Source: the human T2T-CHM13v2.0 reference genome, Homo sapiens. From it: a stretch of 64,000 bases of DNA. Under the pieces are notes generated by a model. That model was given only the letters and a program-made list of their open reading frames with translations, had not been told where the DNA came from and made no database searches. Location: NCBI RefSeq assembly GCF_009914755.1, contig NC_060932.1; one strand, written 5' to 3'. A program made the position numbers and the translations under genes. Below, one piece after another: positions 33,525-53,678 of this stretch. Position 1 is the first letter of the stretch. Each line of letters starts with the position of its first letter.

Positions 33525-33901
33525 TAGTGAAGAATATACTCATTGCTACAGTAGGGTCATTGCTTCTGAGACCTCTCATTAACGGAGATGGAAGACACAC
33601 ACATACACATACTCTATATAAATATTTCCATCTTTATGTATCTTTGCCTATATAAATATGAGTTCACACTGATATCATCAGTTTCAACCCCACACCTCAA
33701 GGTTTTTCTCAGCCTTTTATATTTGTAATCTCTTCCTCCACAGTAAAATATCTGCCTTTAATTTTTCCCAATGTAGTTATTTACTTGCATATTTCAATAT
33801 TCCTATCATTTTATCTCAGTCTCCACGGTCTCTGCTGTCTCCTTGCACAGCCATCTTATTTCCGTTTAAATCTCTGCAGGATCTATGACTTGTTATGTTT
33901 A

Positions 33902-34309
<408 letters not shown>

Positions 34310-34729
34310 CTTAGCTCTCATTTAACCTCCTAGAGATGTGACTTTCAGCTACAAAATGTGTGATCACACTATTATAAAACATTGAATTAATTTTTCATTC
34401 TACAAAATATGTTCATTGAAAAAAATTGGAATTTGTTTACTGACATAAATGAACTCACCAGACTTGTGTTCAGCAATTGTTCATTATATGATTATGTAGA
34501 ATATTTTATTAGTCAGAAAACACCGGGCTCTCTGGTGTTTTGCTTTCTCTTTCAGCCTGCTCAGTGTAAAATGTATTTTTAGCAGATCCAAACACAAACA
34601 CAATAGGAAAACTGGTTATATGATACACTTATTAAGTGCTTTCATGATAAAGAAATAATATTATTGCAATTTTAACACCCGTTTGCTGATCAGATCCTTA
34701 AAACAGTTCTGTGAGGGTGTGAACGGTGA

Positions 34730-35033
<304 letters not shown>

Positions 35034-35297
35034 TCACGGCAGTTAGGTACTGTGGATCCCACTTTGTGGAATAAGAAAGTGAGGCTGCAAGGAATCCGTG
35101 ACTATCAGTCCAGGCTTTTAAGAGCTGGGAATTGACTGGTCCAATTAGAACTACATTCCCTATTCCAATTCCATCAAACTTTTCAACTTTCAATAGAAAA
35201 GACAGTGCAAAGAAAGAGGCTGAATTTATACAACAACAACAAAAATTATGTCTCTCCCAGTCCATGAAAATATTTCAGGTTTAAAAAGCAATAAGCT

Positions 35298-35601
35298 GGC
35301 CAGGTGCCATGGCTCACACCTGTAATCCCAACACTTTGGGAAACCGAGACAGCTGGATCATTTGAGGTTAGGAGTTCCAGACTAGTCTGGCCAATATGGC
35401 AAAACCACATCTCTACTAAAAATACAAAAGTTAGCCAGGCATGGTGGTGCGTGCCTGTAGTCTCAGCTACTCAGGAGGCTGAGGCAGAAGGATTGATTGA
35501 GCCTGGGAGGTGGAGGTTGCAGTTAGCGGAGATCGTGCCACTGCATTCCAGCCTGGGTGACAGAGTGAAACTGTCTTGAAAAATAAAGTAAAATAAAATA
35601 A
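35298..35601 (+). mobile_element. Alu
   Basis: Dimeric Alu. Confidence 0.88.
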
Positions 35602-35722
35602 GCCTTTTTCTGTAAAAAGTCAGCCCTGGAGGAATGGTTCCAAGCGTGTGGACAGCACCACTCAGTTTCCCTACTATACCTGTGGAAGGAAATGATAGTT
35701 GCTGTATTTCTAAATAGGTTGA

Positions 35723-36124
<402 letters not shown>

Positions 36125-36631
36125 TTGCCACCCATATCTTTGCTTCCTGTGGCTGAGTTTCAAAGCATCATGAACCTGAAATAAGAGGTCACAAGTTCAC
36201 TGCTCGGCTTAAGCTGAATGGCAGCTAATCCATTCCAAATAGATGAAAATCTCTTCTACTCTGAAAGTAAGCTAGAAAAGATATCCCACAATATCAAATT
36301 CATTAAAGCTCTCTGTGAAAGAAGGATAATGGGTGATCCTTTTGTTTTGGTTCCACTTGCTTATTTCAAACTACCCACATGTTGTGTTTTCTGTTCACAA
36401 TAGTTAACAATGGCTAACATTTATTGAGCACTGTTCTAAGTGCTCTTCACATATAAAAGATGTAAAAATGAGGCTCCTTCTTTCCCAGTTTGGCTGAGGC
36501 ATGAGGATAATAGATACTAAATACCAAAGTGAGTTTTCACACAGACCACCCCAGAGGGCTTATAAAGTAGGATTTAGTCAAAAACTAGTTACACAATTTT
36601 GGACTACTTCCACTAAGTCAAATACAGTCCT

Positions 36632-37281
<650 letters not shown>

Positions 37282-37728
37282 ATATATTAAAAAGTTGAAA
37301 CTGAGGGAAAAAAATTGAAGAAACTGTGTCTAGAAAGAGGTGCTGTATGGGTCCTTTATCACATGCAGCAATGGGGACTGGTAGGGATGCCTCCTCTTCA
37401 TGTCAGGTCAAGAGAGACTTTACTAGGACCGAGTAGAGCTTGGTTTGTGTCCCCTGGGAGGTGGAAGCACAGTAGACTACAGTCTGACTTGCATCCAGAG
37501 AATCTAGAGGTCAAGAGAGAAGGGCCGTCTGGAAAAGACATTAACAGGGTGAAGGAGAGTTCCTTCTGCACTGAGGTCAGCTTGCACTCCCAAAGTATGT
37601 CAGGACAAAAAATTCAAGTGTGGACCATGAGGGAGAGGAGGATGGCTTGGAGCTTGTTTAAACTCTGGTCAAGGGACGCCTGGAAGAACAGGGGTCTTCA
37701 ACAGAGATTCTGTGCACGGTGGATAGCT

Positions 37729-37749
37729 ACACACACACATGCATGCACG

Positions 37750-37786
<37 letters not shown>
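37729..37786. repeat. Interrupted (CA)n microsatellite
   Basis: Seen directly. Confidence 0.95.
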
Positions 37787-37788
<2 letters not shown>

Positions 37789-38389
37789 GGCTGAGAGAAA
37801 AGCAACCAGGAGCAAATACATTGCCCTCAACATGGGAAGCACAGTTGAAAGTCACGGTGAAATCTGAAGCACCAGGAAGAAAAGGTCACCTTTAACCATT
37901 TGCCAAACCCAGAAAGTGAGAACATAGCCTACAAGAGTGTCACTTAAGGTGAAGGTTTCTGGCCACACCCTAACCTTTTCTGTCCTAACCCAACCTAACC
38001 CACTTCAATTGATGAGAAACTATGGTTATCAAATTGGGACTGCGGGGGTAAGGTGACCATCTAGAAGAGAATCATACCCCCTAAACCTGGCTCCGTAGCA
38101 AAAGACCCCAGCTAGGGGGAACTTTCCCTAAAACTGGAAGCTTTTATTATTACATGGGATGTGACATTCTAAATCTAGAAATGAGAGTGTGTTTTGCAAC
38201 TTAATGTGGTTGTAGAACTTTTTATTACCTAAGGATGGTCAGAAGCATTAGAGAACCACCTGATTTCACATTTAGGAGCAGGAAAAGAGTTTCTCCTGCT
38301 GAAGAAATTTTAAATAAACAATGAGAAACAAAATAAAGGTGGTTTCTTATCATGGCCCATGAATATTGCTTATACAACCTTTTGGTCAT

Positions 38390-38560
38390 GTATGAATTAT
38401 TGTATTTAATCCCCACAGAAACCCAGTGAGGTAGGTCCATTGTTATCTTCATTTCACAGATGAGGAAATAAAACACAGAGAACTTCAGCAACTTGCCTAA
38501 GGCCACACAGACAATAAATGGTAAAGCTGGGATTTGACTACAAGGCTTAAATGCATCATA
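38390..38560 (-). mobile_element. MIR
   Basis: CATTTCACAGATGAGGAAATAAAACACAGAG...AACTTGCCTAAGGCCACACAG. Confidence 0.7.
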
Positions 38561-39289
38561 ATACAGTAAGAATATTTTAAAATATATTTCCTGTCTTTGT
38601 TCTAGGTTCCAGAGAATCTCCTCCCTACTCGATACTTGTTTTGTGATGCAAACGCCCCTATTTGCATGATCATAATAGTGTGAAATTAGGTGATTCTTTA
38701 TTAACCTTAAAGCAACCAATCAACCATTAGCAGTGGATGCTCACAACAGCTCTGAGTGATACAGAGAACAGATACAATTATTATTATTCCCCTTATACAG
38801 AAAAGGGGGATTTCCCCTTTCAGGAAAACTGAACGCAGAGAGAGAATTAATTCAGGGGATGTTGACAAAGGTGTGGGGTATGCTAGAAGAGCAAAAGAGA
38901 GAAGAGGGGTGTTACCCAGAGGGTAGAAGCTGCAGCAGTCCCCGGGCTGGAGCTGCTGAATGTCTGGAGACGTCCCCACTGCTGGGGAGCGGAAGCCAAT
39001 CCTGTGTCTCCGCTGGAGCCTCAGATGCTTCTCGGGCCCCCTGTTGTATACAGCCACTGGTACCGCTGCCGCTGGAGCCAGAAGTAGGATGGCTTCTCCC
39101 TGTCTCGCACCTGCTCATCTTCCCCTGGAGTTAGGGAACATAGGCAATGACACAAAGGAAGGCAGAGAAGGGTGGGAGTTTGGCAGAGAACCAGCAGACA
39201 CTGTGGCTTGGAGGCAAATGGAGATTTGTTGATAACTAGAGTTAGGGGCAGTCAGGACTAGAAGCCAGGCGTGAAGTTCAGGAGGCCCC

Positions 39290-40160
<871 letters not shown>

Positions 40161-40445
40161 ATGAGGTCTTCCCCCTCTCAACTTGGTGGTACTTTCAATG
40201 CTCTCAAGCTCCTTATTTGATCCTCAAAGCCGCATTATAGCATAGCCAAGGGATGCAAAAAGACAACTAAAAAAAATTCTATCAACTTTGCAGGGCATAC
40301 AATATTAAGTAATTTCAAGTATAAAGTGTATTTTCAATTAGCATATGAGTTCACTTTTATATAATGTGTAGTAATATTTAAAATATATAGAAACATTTAG
40401 TTTTTTTCCCACTTAACAATTGATACATACTATTCATTTAAATCA

Positions 40446-40700
40446 GGTTGGGCACAGTGGCTTATGCCTGTAATCCCAGCACTTTGGGAGGCTGAGGCAG
40501 GTGGATCATTTGAGGTCGGGAGTTCAATACCAGCCTGGCCAACATGGCAAAACCCCATCTCTACTAAAAATACAAAAATTAGCCAAGCATGGTGGCACAT
40601 GCCTGTAATCCCAGCTACTCAGGAGGCTGAGGCATGATCACTTGAACCCGGGAGGTGGAAGTTGCGGTGAGCCGAGATGGCGCCACTGCACTCCAGCTAA
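40446..40700 (+). mobile_element. Alu, 3' end altered, followed by (TAAT)n
   Basis: Dimeric Alu lacking the normal terminus. Confidence 0.85.
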
Positions 40701-41499
40701 CAGTGACAGTCCATCCAGAATAATTAATTAATTAATTAAGTAGCAAAAACATGCTTTATAAACAAATTAATTCAAGAAGAATATATATGATATTTAGCCT
40801 TAGGATCAAACATATATTAAAAACTGGTTTAAAATTTAAAATTGCATACTACTGTATAAACAGATTGCCTTTAGCACATTAAATAGGAAATTCACTTACT
40901 ATAATTTCCATGTTTTGTTTCTAAGTTATCAATTCAGAGGAAATATTTCAAGCTTCTAAATACAGGTATTTCTGTGCAAACAACGTATTTCAGGTGCTAA
41001 TGTTTACTTTTGATAAATAAGAAGTCAAATTAAATTTAATAGGCACCATATTTTCTCTCTTAATATATTTTGAAGTACAAGAAGTATTTTGTTGTGCTAA
41101 ATAACACTTTTGTTGAGATGAATACAACATACAAACTGCAAATATCTCCTTGAAATAAATTTGCATAATTATTATCATTTTAATAATCCTCAGCAAGTTG
41201 TTGGATTTTGACATCTGTATGCTTCTTACCTTTAACGAATGATGTTGATATGAATTTTAAAACAAGAAAGTGAGAATAAAATAACTTTATATGTATGGTT
41301 GGAGTATTTTTTAAGCTTCTATAACAAAAATACCATAAAATGCATGGCTTAAAGATCATAAGGTTTATTTATCTCTTATTTAATGTCTGTCGGTGAGTGG
41401 TTTCATTGAGGGTGAGATCTGTTCCGCATGTATTCTGAGAGCCAGTTGTTCTGCCATCCCATGAGACAGAATGACTAGAAAAAAGAAACCATGTTGCTT

Positions 41500-42148
41500 C
41501 TTAAGTTTTTTGTGACAAGGTCCCCTTTGACAGTCTGGTGAAGCTTATGGACTATCTCAGAATAATTTTTTTCTTTTTATCATTATTATTATTATTTAAT
41601 ACAGATAAGGTCTTGCTATGTTGACCAGGCTGGTCTCAAACTCCTGGCCTCAAGTCATCCTCCCATGTCGGCCTCCCATAGTGCTTGGATTACAGGTGAG
41701 AGCCACCATGCCTAGCCTCAGAATAATTTTTTCAAAGATACAAAAGAAAATGTATAGGATTATAAAAGATAGCAATTATATTGAAATATATTCATCACAA
41801 TGCTTATAAAGCAAATGTGTGAATTACTAATATATTTGCTTCTTTATTAATACATTAAATAGAAAGATCTAGTAGGGTCAAATTGTCTCGTATCACAATT
41901 TCAAACTGGTGAAGAGCACAAATAATATTTTGAGATATCTTCAGCTGAAATGTGAAATAAAAATACCTTTCTATTGGTCACAAAGTTACCTGTACTCTTA
42001 ATACTGTGGTTACTTTCCTGTATTCATAATTGAAAAACACAATTTCAGTTAGAGTTAAATTGAAATGAAGACTTTTTTTCCCTGATTTAACTTCATTAAC
42101 CCACATGGTTTATATCCCCAAATTCCTTGAGTATTCATAAAACCCTGA
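41500..42148. mobile_element. Charlie-type hAT DNA transposon remnant interrupted by an Alu monomer
   Basis: CCCCTTTGACAGTCTGGTGAAGCTTATGGAC..TCTCAGAATAATTTT motif. Confidence 0.45.
41585..41717 (-). mobile_element. Alu left monomer (FLAM-like)
   Basis: TSD CTCAGAATAATTTTTT. Confidence 0.8.
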
Positions 42149-42151
42149 TTA

Positions 42152-42511
<360 letters not shown>

Positions 42512-42620
42512 TCAAAGTCAAGCAGCAAACATAGCCATTTTCTGATTCAAGAAAGGGAAAAAATGAAAATCTGTAACAATTTGGGGGGAAGTAAAGGCCA
42601 AGTTTTGGGGAGTGTTTTAA

Positions 42621-42992
<372 letters not shown>

Positions 42993-43029
42993 TAGCTGCA
43001 TGGCCACACCTAGCTGTAAAAAAGGCTGG

Positions 43030-43306
43030 GGTAGGCAGGGTGTGATGGCTCATACCTATATTCACAGCACTTTGGATGCCTGAGGTGGGACGATCACTTG
43101 AGAACAGGAGTTCAAGACCAGCTAGGGCAAAAACCACATATCTGCAAAAAAATCTAACAACCAGCCAGGCGTGGTGGTGTGTGCCTGTAGTCCCAGCTGC
43201 TTGGGAGGCTGATGTGGAGGGATCGTTTAAGCCAGTAGGTTGAGGCTTCAGTGAGCCATGATTGCACCACTGCACTCTAGCTTGGGTGAAAAAGCAAGAC
43301 CCTGTC
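43030..43306 (+). mobile_element. AluJ
   Basis: Diverged Alu whose tail has become a GA-rich tract. Confidence 0.82.
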
Positions 43307-43450
43307 AGAAGAAGGAGAAGGAGAAGGAGGGGGAGAAGGAGAACAAGGGGGAAGAGAAGGGGTTGGGGAGGGTGAAGGGGGAGGGGAGGTGAAGGGGAAA
43401 GGGAGGAGGGAGGAGGGAGGAAAAGAAGGAGGAGGAGGAGAAGAAGAAGA
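43307..43450. repeat. GA-rich polypurine tract
   Basis: Almost pure purine on the + strand. Confidence 0.9.
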
Positions 43451-45249
43451 CTGGGAAATACAATTTTTAGCTGGCTCACCATTCTCTAATGAAGAAGGGG
43501 AAAATGGATGTGGGGTGACAACAAGCAGCCTGCCATGCTCCATGGTAGTCAGAGACAACATGGTGGGCTGTTGTGCTCAGCTGGTGCTAACTCAATAGAG
43601 TGACCGTGTCATCAGCCTTTTTATCTGATCCCCCAATTGCCCCATATGGTTAGTTGGTACATACTCAAAGGCTCTCAGGTGAGAGACATTTGTCAAGATC
43701 ACCTCTAAAACTAGAGAGTGAAAGAGTTGCCATGATACCCTCTTAAAATCCCAGGTATCCACATACTTCTGAGAAATGTTGCCCTCAACCAAACAGAAAG
43801 GCACGAGACCCTGGAGACAATATGTCCTAGCACTGACCCCTAGGGGACACACCACGTTCTTCTCTCCACCTGTTCTGCAGCCCAGCTCTCCCCTCACTGC
43901 ACCGTTTAGGGGCAGGAACGCGGATCTGTAGGGGTCAGAGGCCAGGGCATTTGTTTCCACTGTCACGAGGGTGAGGTCTCTGTGTTTGTGATTCAGACAT
44001 TTGGGGGATTTGCTTTCTCTTCCATAACGCTGGCCCAAAACTGCATCTGTTTGGGGGTTGCTGCATCCCAGGAAGCAGGGTGGTGGAGAAACCACGGATA
44101 GGTGGGTGGTGGCGAAACCACGGATAGGTGGTTGGTGGCAGATGGGGGAGTACTGGCAAGTTCCCAAGTGCAGAGGTAGCGATGCCTGCATCAGCAACCA
44201 CTATCTCGTGCCAGCATCAGCCATGGTGAGCATTGTGGTCTTGTGTCCAATGCCCACTGCACTGGTGTCCTCACTGACTGACTTCTGCTCCTGCCTGCCA
44301 CCAAAGCTTTGACTTTAAGCCTGCTTCTCCCATCTGCTCAGCACGAGCCGGAGCTCCTGAATAGCCTTCTGCTAAATTTCTTCCTTCCAAAGTTATTGGA
44401 GTTGGATTCTGTTGCTCACAAATAAGATTCCTGACAGATAACAGTTTGAGGGGATTAGAGACACTCCAATCTAGCTCTCAGGAGGAAGCGTATTCCTTCT
44501 TTTTCCTTGGATTTGTCTTATTACATTGAGCTGTTCACGAGGCTGTGGCTTGCGCTGGGCTTAGAGGAAAGGGAGTCTAAGACGCCGTTCATCCCACTTT
44601 TACTGGTGCAGCTCCTTGAGCCTATCTCTATCCAGGCGAAATGAATCCTTCACATCATTTACCCCAGCTCACAACTCTCTGGAGGCTTAGAGCGAAAGCC
44701 TAATCATAGCAATGACAGCCAGCTTTGTCTGCTCTCATTCTCCCTCGCACCACCCCCCTCCCCACGTTTGGAAAGGATTTAAGTGATTAGGAGCCTGGCT
44801 CTCCCAGACGCTTCTTTCCATCTGAGCTCCACAGATCACTTTATCACCTTTCACCAAACTGGTAGACTGTGCGTTATACAAGAAGACAATCTGAGTCCAT
44901 TTTGTGGAGCGCTTGGGGCCAGAAAGTGCTGGCTACACAAGTCTGGAATTAGTATTTATAGAGCATAAATCAACAGAAGTTATAGACATGGAATATTCTG
45001 AGAGAAAATAAATAAAAGCTAGTATGGGCTTTTGTGGAGGAGGATTAACAAGACGCGGTTCAAGGCTGGGAATGCCAGAAAAAGACTGGGGACAGATCCA
45101 GTTATGAACATGGAAATCCATGAAACTGCCTCCCCCAATCTATGTTCAAAGGAAAAGCTCTCAGCAAATATAAAATGATTTTTAAAAAATTTTTTGCTTT
45201 GAATTTCAGAATTTGCACTTATTTATGGAGGCAAATATGTTGTATATAA

Positions 45250-45959
<710 letters not shown>

Positions 45960-47199
45960 TAAGTGATTTACACATACTAGCTCATTTAATCTTCACACCT
46001 GTATATGGCTGGTGCTATAGTTTCCCTCCTTTTAAAGATGACACTGAGTCTTAGATAAGATAGCCAGCTCAACATCATATAACTAGTTAATATCTCAGGA
46101 CTTAGCCTCCTTTTTTCCCAGCACTTATATGTATTTAATTACTTTCTGGAAGCGCCCAGTGGGAAAATGTTCACTCTTCTTTTGTTTCCAGCTGCCAGAT
46201 TGGTATTCTCCACCCCAAATGCACATTAGAATCACCTTATCAGCCTTTAAAAATTTTTGATGCCAGGGTCATGCACTCGGTCAATTAAGTCAGAATACCA
46301 TGCGTGTATTTCACTGTAGAGCAAGTTAAGCTAACTACTGGATTAGGATGGAAAAAGAAAATGAAACGGCCATTGCATTGAAACTACAATGGTAAATTCC
46401 TGGTTAGGAGAGTGGGGATTAGAGCCACTAGGGGATAAGGACTACAGAATCTGCTTTTAGCTCCAATAAGCAAGAGGTTAAGTGGAGGAAGCAATGCATT
46501 AAACAAACGCGGAGTCGCTTCTCTTTTTCATAATGTGTCTCACAAGCACTGAATTTGAAGGGAGAAAACAATGAAAATTTAGGGGTAATTCTCAAAAATA
46601 ATCTCCCTGGGGACAGATAGTACACAAAAGCAAGGACATAAGACTAATAAAACCATTGCTAACATTTATCAAGAAAAAAAGAACACCATAGGAATGGGCC
46701 CTGGCATTCATATTTTATAAAGTCTTCCCGAGAGATTCTGTCGTGCAGCCAAGGTTGAGAATGATTGCCTCATCTCCTTCCTCGCAATCCAGTTTTCCTA
46801 CCCTGCACATCTCCACTTTGCTATTTGGTATATGGCATACAGCATCTGCCTATGAGTTATGGGATTGCCAGACAAGCAAACGGCATGCAGCCCTGCAGAA
46901 GGGATACTGTCCTCAAGCTAGCTTGCAACGGTTTCTACAGGCGGGCAGCTGTTCGAAGTTGAAGAGATGGGATACTGGATCCCATCCCACCCATTTCATT
47001 CAGCTCATCCCTGGACATGTATTTCCTGCAGTGTTATTCCCCGTGGCTGAGCTTCTAAGAGCTCCTGCACCTGCACTTGGGGCCAGCTCAGTTATAAAAT
47101 GCCTAGAAAACTTTTGGAGACTTTGCTCTTTTTCTCTGTGAATAAACTCATCATTTCAATGCCAAGCTTCTCATTGGGATTAGTTTACCAGCTTTAGAC

Positions 47200-47509
47200 T
47201 TTTTTGTTTCTTTTTTCTTTTTTTTTTTTAGACGGAGTTTCATTCTTGTCACCCAGGCTGGAGTGAAATGGTGTGATCTCAGCTCACTGCAACCTCCACC
47301 TCTCGGGTTCAAGCAATTCTCAGACTTCCAAGTAGTTGGGATTACAGGCACCTGTCACCATGACAGGCTAATTTTTGTATTTTTAGTAGAGACGCGTTTT
47401 CACCATGTTGGCCAGGCTGGTCTTGAACTCCTGACCTCAGGTGATCCAACTACTTTGGCCTCCCACAATGCTGGGATTACAGGTGTGAGCCACTATGCCT
47501 GGCTCGGCT
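47200..47509 (-). mobile_element. Alu (S-type)
   Basis: Dimeric Alu. Confidence 0.88.
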
Positions 47510-47619
47510 TTTGACTTTTAAGTGAGTCTGGTTTTTCAGCAACTTCACCTTCCTTCTTGGACTCAAATCTCAAGTCAGTGAATAAAATTCATAATGTTCC
47601 TGTTGGAGAAAGAGTTATA

Positions 47620-48572
47620 TCTTTTTCTTTTTCTTTTTTTTTGCTAGGCAGGGTCTTGCTTTGTCACCCAGGCTTGAGTGCAGTGGCGTGATCATGGCTC
47701 AAAGCAGCCTCGCTCTTTAGCTCAATCAGTCTTCCTGAGGTAGAACAATAGGCCCTGGAAGGAAAACCCTAACTTTCCACACCTAAGTGACAAGGACCAG
47801 AGGCTACTCCCTTTGCAAACCCGTCTTTTCTGCTCGGGCAGATGGGAAATTGAAAGTACCTCTGATTGCAACCAATCAGACGTTTGCATAGGAGTGTAAC
47901 TTTGAAACTTTACTTTAGCCTCTGACTGTTAGCTTTCCAAGACCAATCTCTGATTGCCAGCCAAGTCTTGGTTTGCATAGAAGAGCAACTTTGTAACTTC
48001 GCTTTACCCTCTGATTGTTAGCTTTGCGAGACCAATCAGATGTGTGCATAGGAGTGTGACCTTTGTAACTTCACTTCAGCCTCTGATCGGTTACTGTCCG
48101 TAACCAATCACACTGATTGTGAGCCACCGCTCCATTTACATGAGGTGAACACCAAGTGGCCAATGGGAAACCTCTAGGGGGTATTTGAACCCAAGAAGAT
48201 TCTGCATCTGGGCCCTTGAGCTGCTGCTCCAACTGCTCCCACACTGCGAAGTGTACTTTTACTTTCAATAAATCTCTGCTTTCTTTGTTTCATTCTTTCC
48301 TTGCTTTGCTGTGCATTTTGTCCAATTCTTTGTTCAAAAATGCCATTAACCTGGACAACTTGCAGGCAAGACCCTCTATGAATAAGTACAGCTCAGCCTC
48401 CTGGGAGTACAGTCACATGCCCTATGCCCAGCTAATTTACAAAATTTTTGGTAGAGACTGGGTGTTGTTATGTTGCTCAGGCTGCTCTTGAACTCCTGGG
48501 CTCAATCAAGCAATCCTCCCATCTCAGCATACCAAAGTGTTGAGATTACAAGCATGAGCCACCACACCCAAC
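47620..48572 (-). mobile_element. AluJ split by MER51 (47620-47735 and 48391-48572)
   Basis: Alu text ...CTTCC | GCTCAGCCTCC resumes after the LTR. Confidence 0.75.
47736..48388 (+). mobile_element. Solo MER51(A)-type ERV1 LTR inserted into an AluJ
   Basis: TGAGG start; GGAAAACCCTAACTTTCCACACCTAAG; repeated CCAAT units; AATAAA ~48267; flanked on both sides by the two halves of one Alu. Confidence 0.8.
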
Positions 48573-49154
48573 CAAGTTCCATCTTTTAGAACAGTGGTTT
48601 TTAAAGTAGGATTTTTTTTTTCACAATATTGGGGTAGCACTGTTGGCATGGGACAGTTCTGTCAAATTCTGAATATCCCAACAGATGTTTGTGTAAGAAA
48701 AACAAACTAAGCACCCTATGTATAATTATCTGCATCTAGACCTCAACTCTATTTTACATATAAACACGAAATGTGTTTTGTGTAATTTTAATATACAACA
48801 AATTTCCACACATGCAACTACAATGTGAAAAGAAGGAAGATTATACTTTGTTTTGCTTGCTTTACTGACAGCTGTTTGCCATTTTAGAGAATATCATTGC
48901 TGATTTGGGATATTTTACTTGCCAATATGAGGCACTTCCATGGTGATTCTATGACATTTAAGGGCAATCATCTGTCTAATTCTTCATGTCTTCTCTCGTG
49001 GGGTCCCTGTACTATGTCATTATTCATCACTTTCCTTTTAGTCCTTTATTTCTTAGAGCATTGTATTGATTATTTTAACAATTATGTTGTAGGTAAATGA
49101 TATTAACTAAGAATTGCATTTCAGAATTGTTAAGGAGGTGTTAAGGATATTTGT

Positions 49155-50110
49155 TACATGGCAAACACATGAAAAGATGCTCCACCTCATATATCATCAG
49201 GGAAATGCAAATGAAAACAACGAGATATTACAACACACGTATTAGAATAGCCAAAATCTTGAACACTGACAACACCAAATGTTGGTGAGGATGTGGAGCA
49301 ACTGGAATTCTTCCACAGTGTTGGTGGAAATGCAAAATGATACAGACAATTTGGAAGACAGTTTGGAGGCTTCTTACTAATGTAAACCTAATCGTACTCT
49401 TGTCATATGATCCAGCAATCATAGTTCTTGTATTTACCCAAATGAGTTGAAAACTTATGTCCACACAAAAACCTGCACGCGAATGCTTATAGCAGCTTTA
49501 TTCATAAATGCCCAAACTCGGATATGACCAAGATGTCCTTCAGTAAGTGAATGTGTGAAAAAACTGTGGTACATCCAGACAATGGAAAATTTTTAGCGCT
49601 AGAAAGATATGAGCCCTCAAGCCATGAAAGGGCAGAAAGGAAACCTACAATGTATATTATTAAGTGAAAGACGCCAATCTGCAAAGGCTCTATACTGTAT
49701 GATTCCAACTATATGACAGTCTGGAAAAGGCATAACTATGGAGACAGTGAAAAGATCAGTGTTTGCCAGGGGTTGGTGGGGAGGGAGGAATGAATAGATG
49801 GATCTCAGAGGATTTTTAGGGCAGTGGAACTACTCGGTATGATACTATAATGGTGGATACATGTCAGTAGACATTGGTCATACCCATAGTATGTACAGGA
49901 GTGAACCATAAGTAAATCACAGATTTTGGGTGATAATGATGTGTCAGTGCAGCATCACCAATTGCAACAACGTACCACTCTGACTGGGGATGTTGATAAT
50001 AGGGGAAGCTATGTGTAGGGGAAGCTATGTGTATGGGAAATCTCTGTACCTACATTCTACTCAGTTTTGCTGTGAACTTAAAACTGCTCTTAAAAATAAA
50101 GACTATTTTT
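49155..50110 (+). mobile_element. L1MB 3' end (ORF2 terminus and 3'UTR)
   Basis: CACATGAAAAGATGCTC...GGAAATGCAAAT...; AAAACTGCTCTTAAAAATAAAG terminus. Confidence 0.8.
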
Positions 50111-50166
50111 TAAAAATTAACCATAGTAGGTATTACTGAAAAATTTGCTTATAAAAAGTGAGCATG

Positions 50167-50539
<373 letters not shown>

Positions 50540-50771
50540 TCAGGAGTTCAAGGCCACAGTGCAGTCTGATGGTGCCAGTATTGAATAGTCACTGCAGTCT
50601 AGCCTGGGCAACATAGCAAGACTCTGTCTCCAAAAAAAAAGGAAGAAAAATGGTGAGCATTGGGTCTGATAGTGTTACAAGTCTTTAGAAGGAAATAAAG
50701 CCTTGCTTTTTAGGCTGGATCCAGAGGAATCCTAAACGTCAACTCTATATTTAATATAAGAACTTCAGATA

Positions 50772-53171
<2,400 letters not shown>

Positions 53172-53225
53172 CCTAGAAAGGAACCATGAGGCACCACTTG
53201 AAGCTTAAATGAGGTGGTTTTATGA

Positions 53226-53622
53226 TGTTGAGGGGTATAGAAAATCATTCCTCAAAATATGGCACCTGAGCACGCTGGGCGCTTTTGAAAGCTGAGCGGC
53301 CTCAGAAATAAGCCTCAGAATGAAGGTCCCTCTAACCTTGTCTTGTGCCTCCCCAAACCACAAGGGCAGGGACTATTCCTGGAACATCCTTATCTGACCA
53401 AGAGAGCTTACCAAAAGAAACATAAATGCTTTCTATGCCCTCCCTGGAATCTCATTATCTCAGAAAAAAAGCCTGACGAATGTGACCACACCTGACAGAC
53501 ATTTTCCCGAGATAATGTCTGCCTCTCAGGCCCATTCAGATTCCAAAGAGAATCACTTACAATTTCATTTCGGTCTCTGTGGTCCATTCATTCTCCCTAA
53601 TCATGACTTACTGCCTCTCAAA
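53226..53622 (+). mobile_element. MER39/MER34-group LTR, 3'-truncated
   Basis: TGTTGAGGGG...AGAAAATCATTCCTCAAAATATGGCAC start and CCATTCATTCTCCCTAATCA motif. Confidence 0.6.
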
Positions 53623-53636
53623 AGAGAGAACTTAAA

Positions 53637-53678
53637 ACTGGGCAACTGAGTGATACTCTGTCTCAAAAAAACAAAAAA
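53637..53678 (+). mobile_element. Alu 3' terminal fragment
   Basis: CTGGGCAACTGAGTGATACTCTGTCTC-A tail followed by AAGAACTTAAGATA. Confidence 0.7.

Noticed and set aside
43592-44197. 201-aa ORF
   Set aside because: No recognisable homology; overlaps probable old LTR sequence and a tandem repeat.
47855-48120. Repeat-spacer-like periodicity
   Set aside because: Internal U3 repeats of MER51; eukaryotic DNA with no cas genes, so not a CRISPR array.
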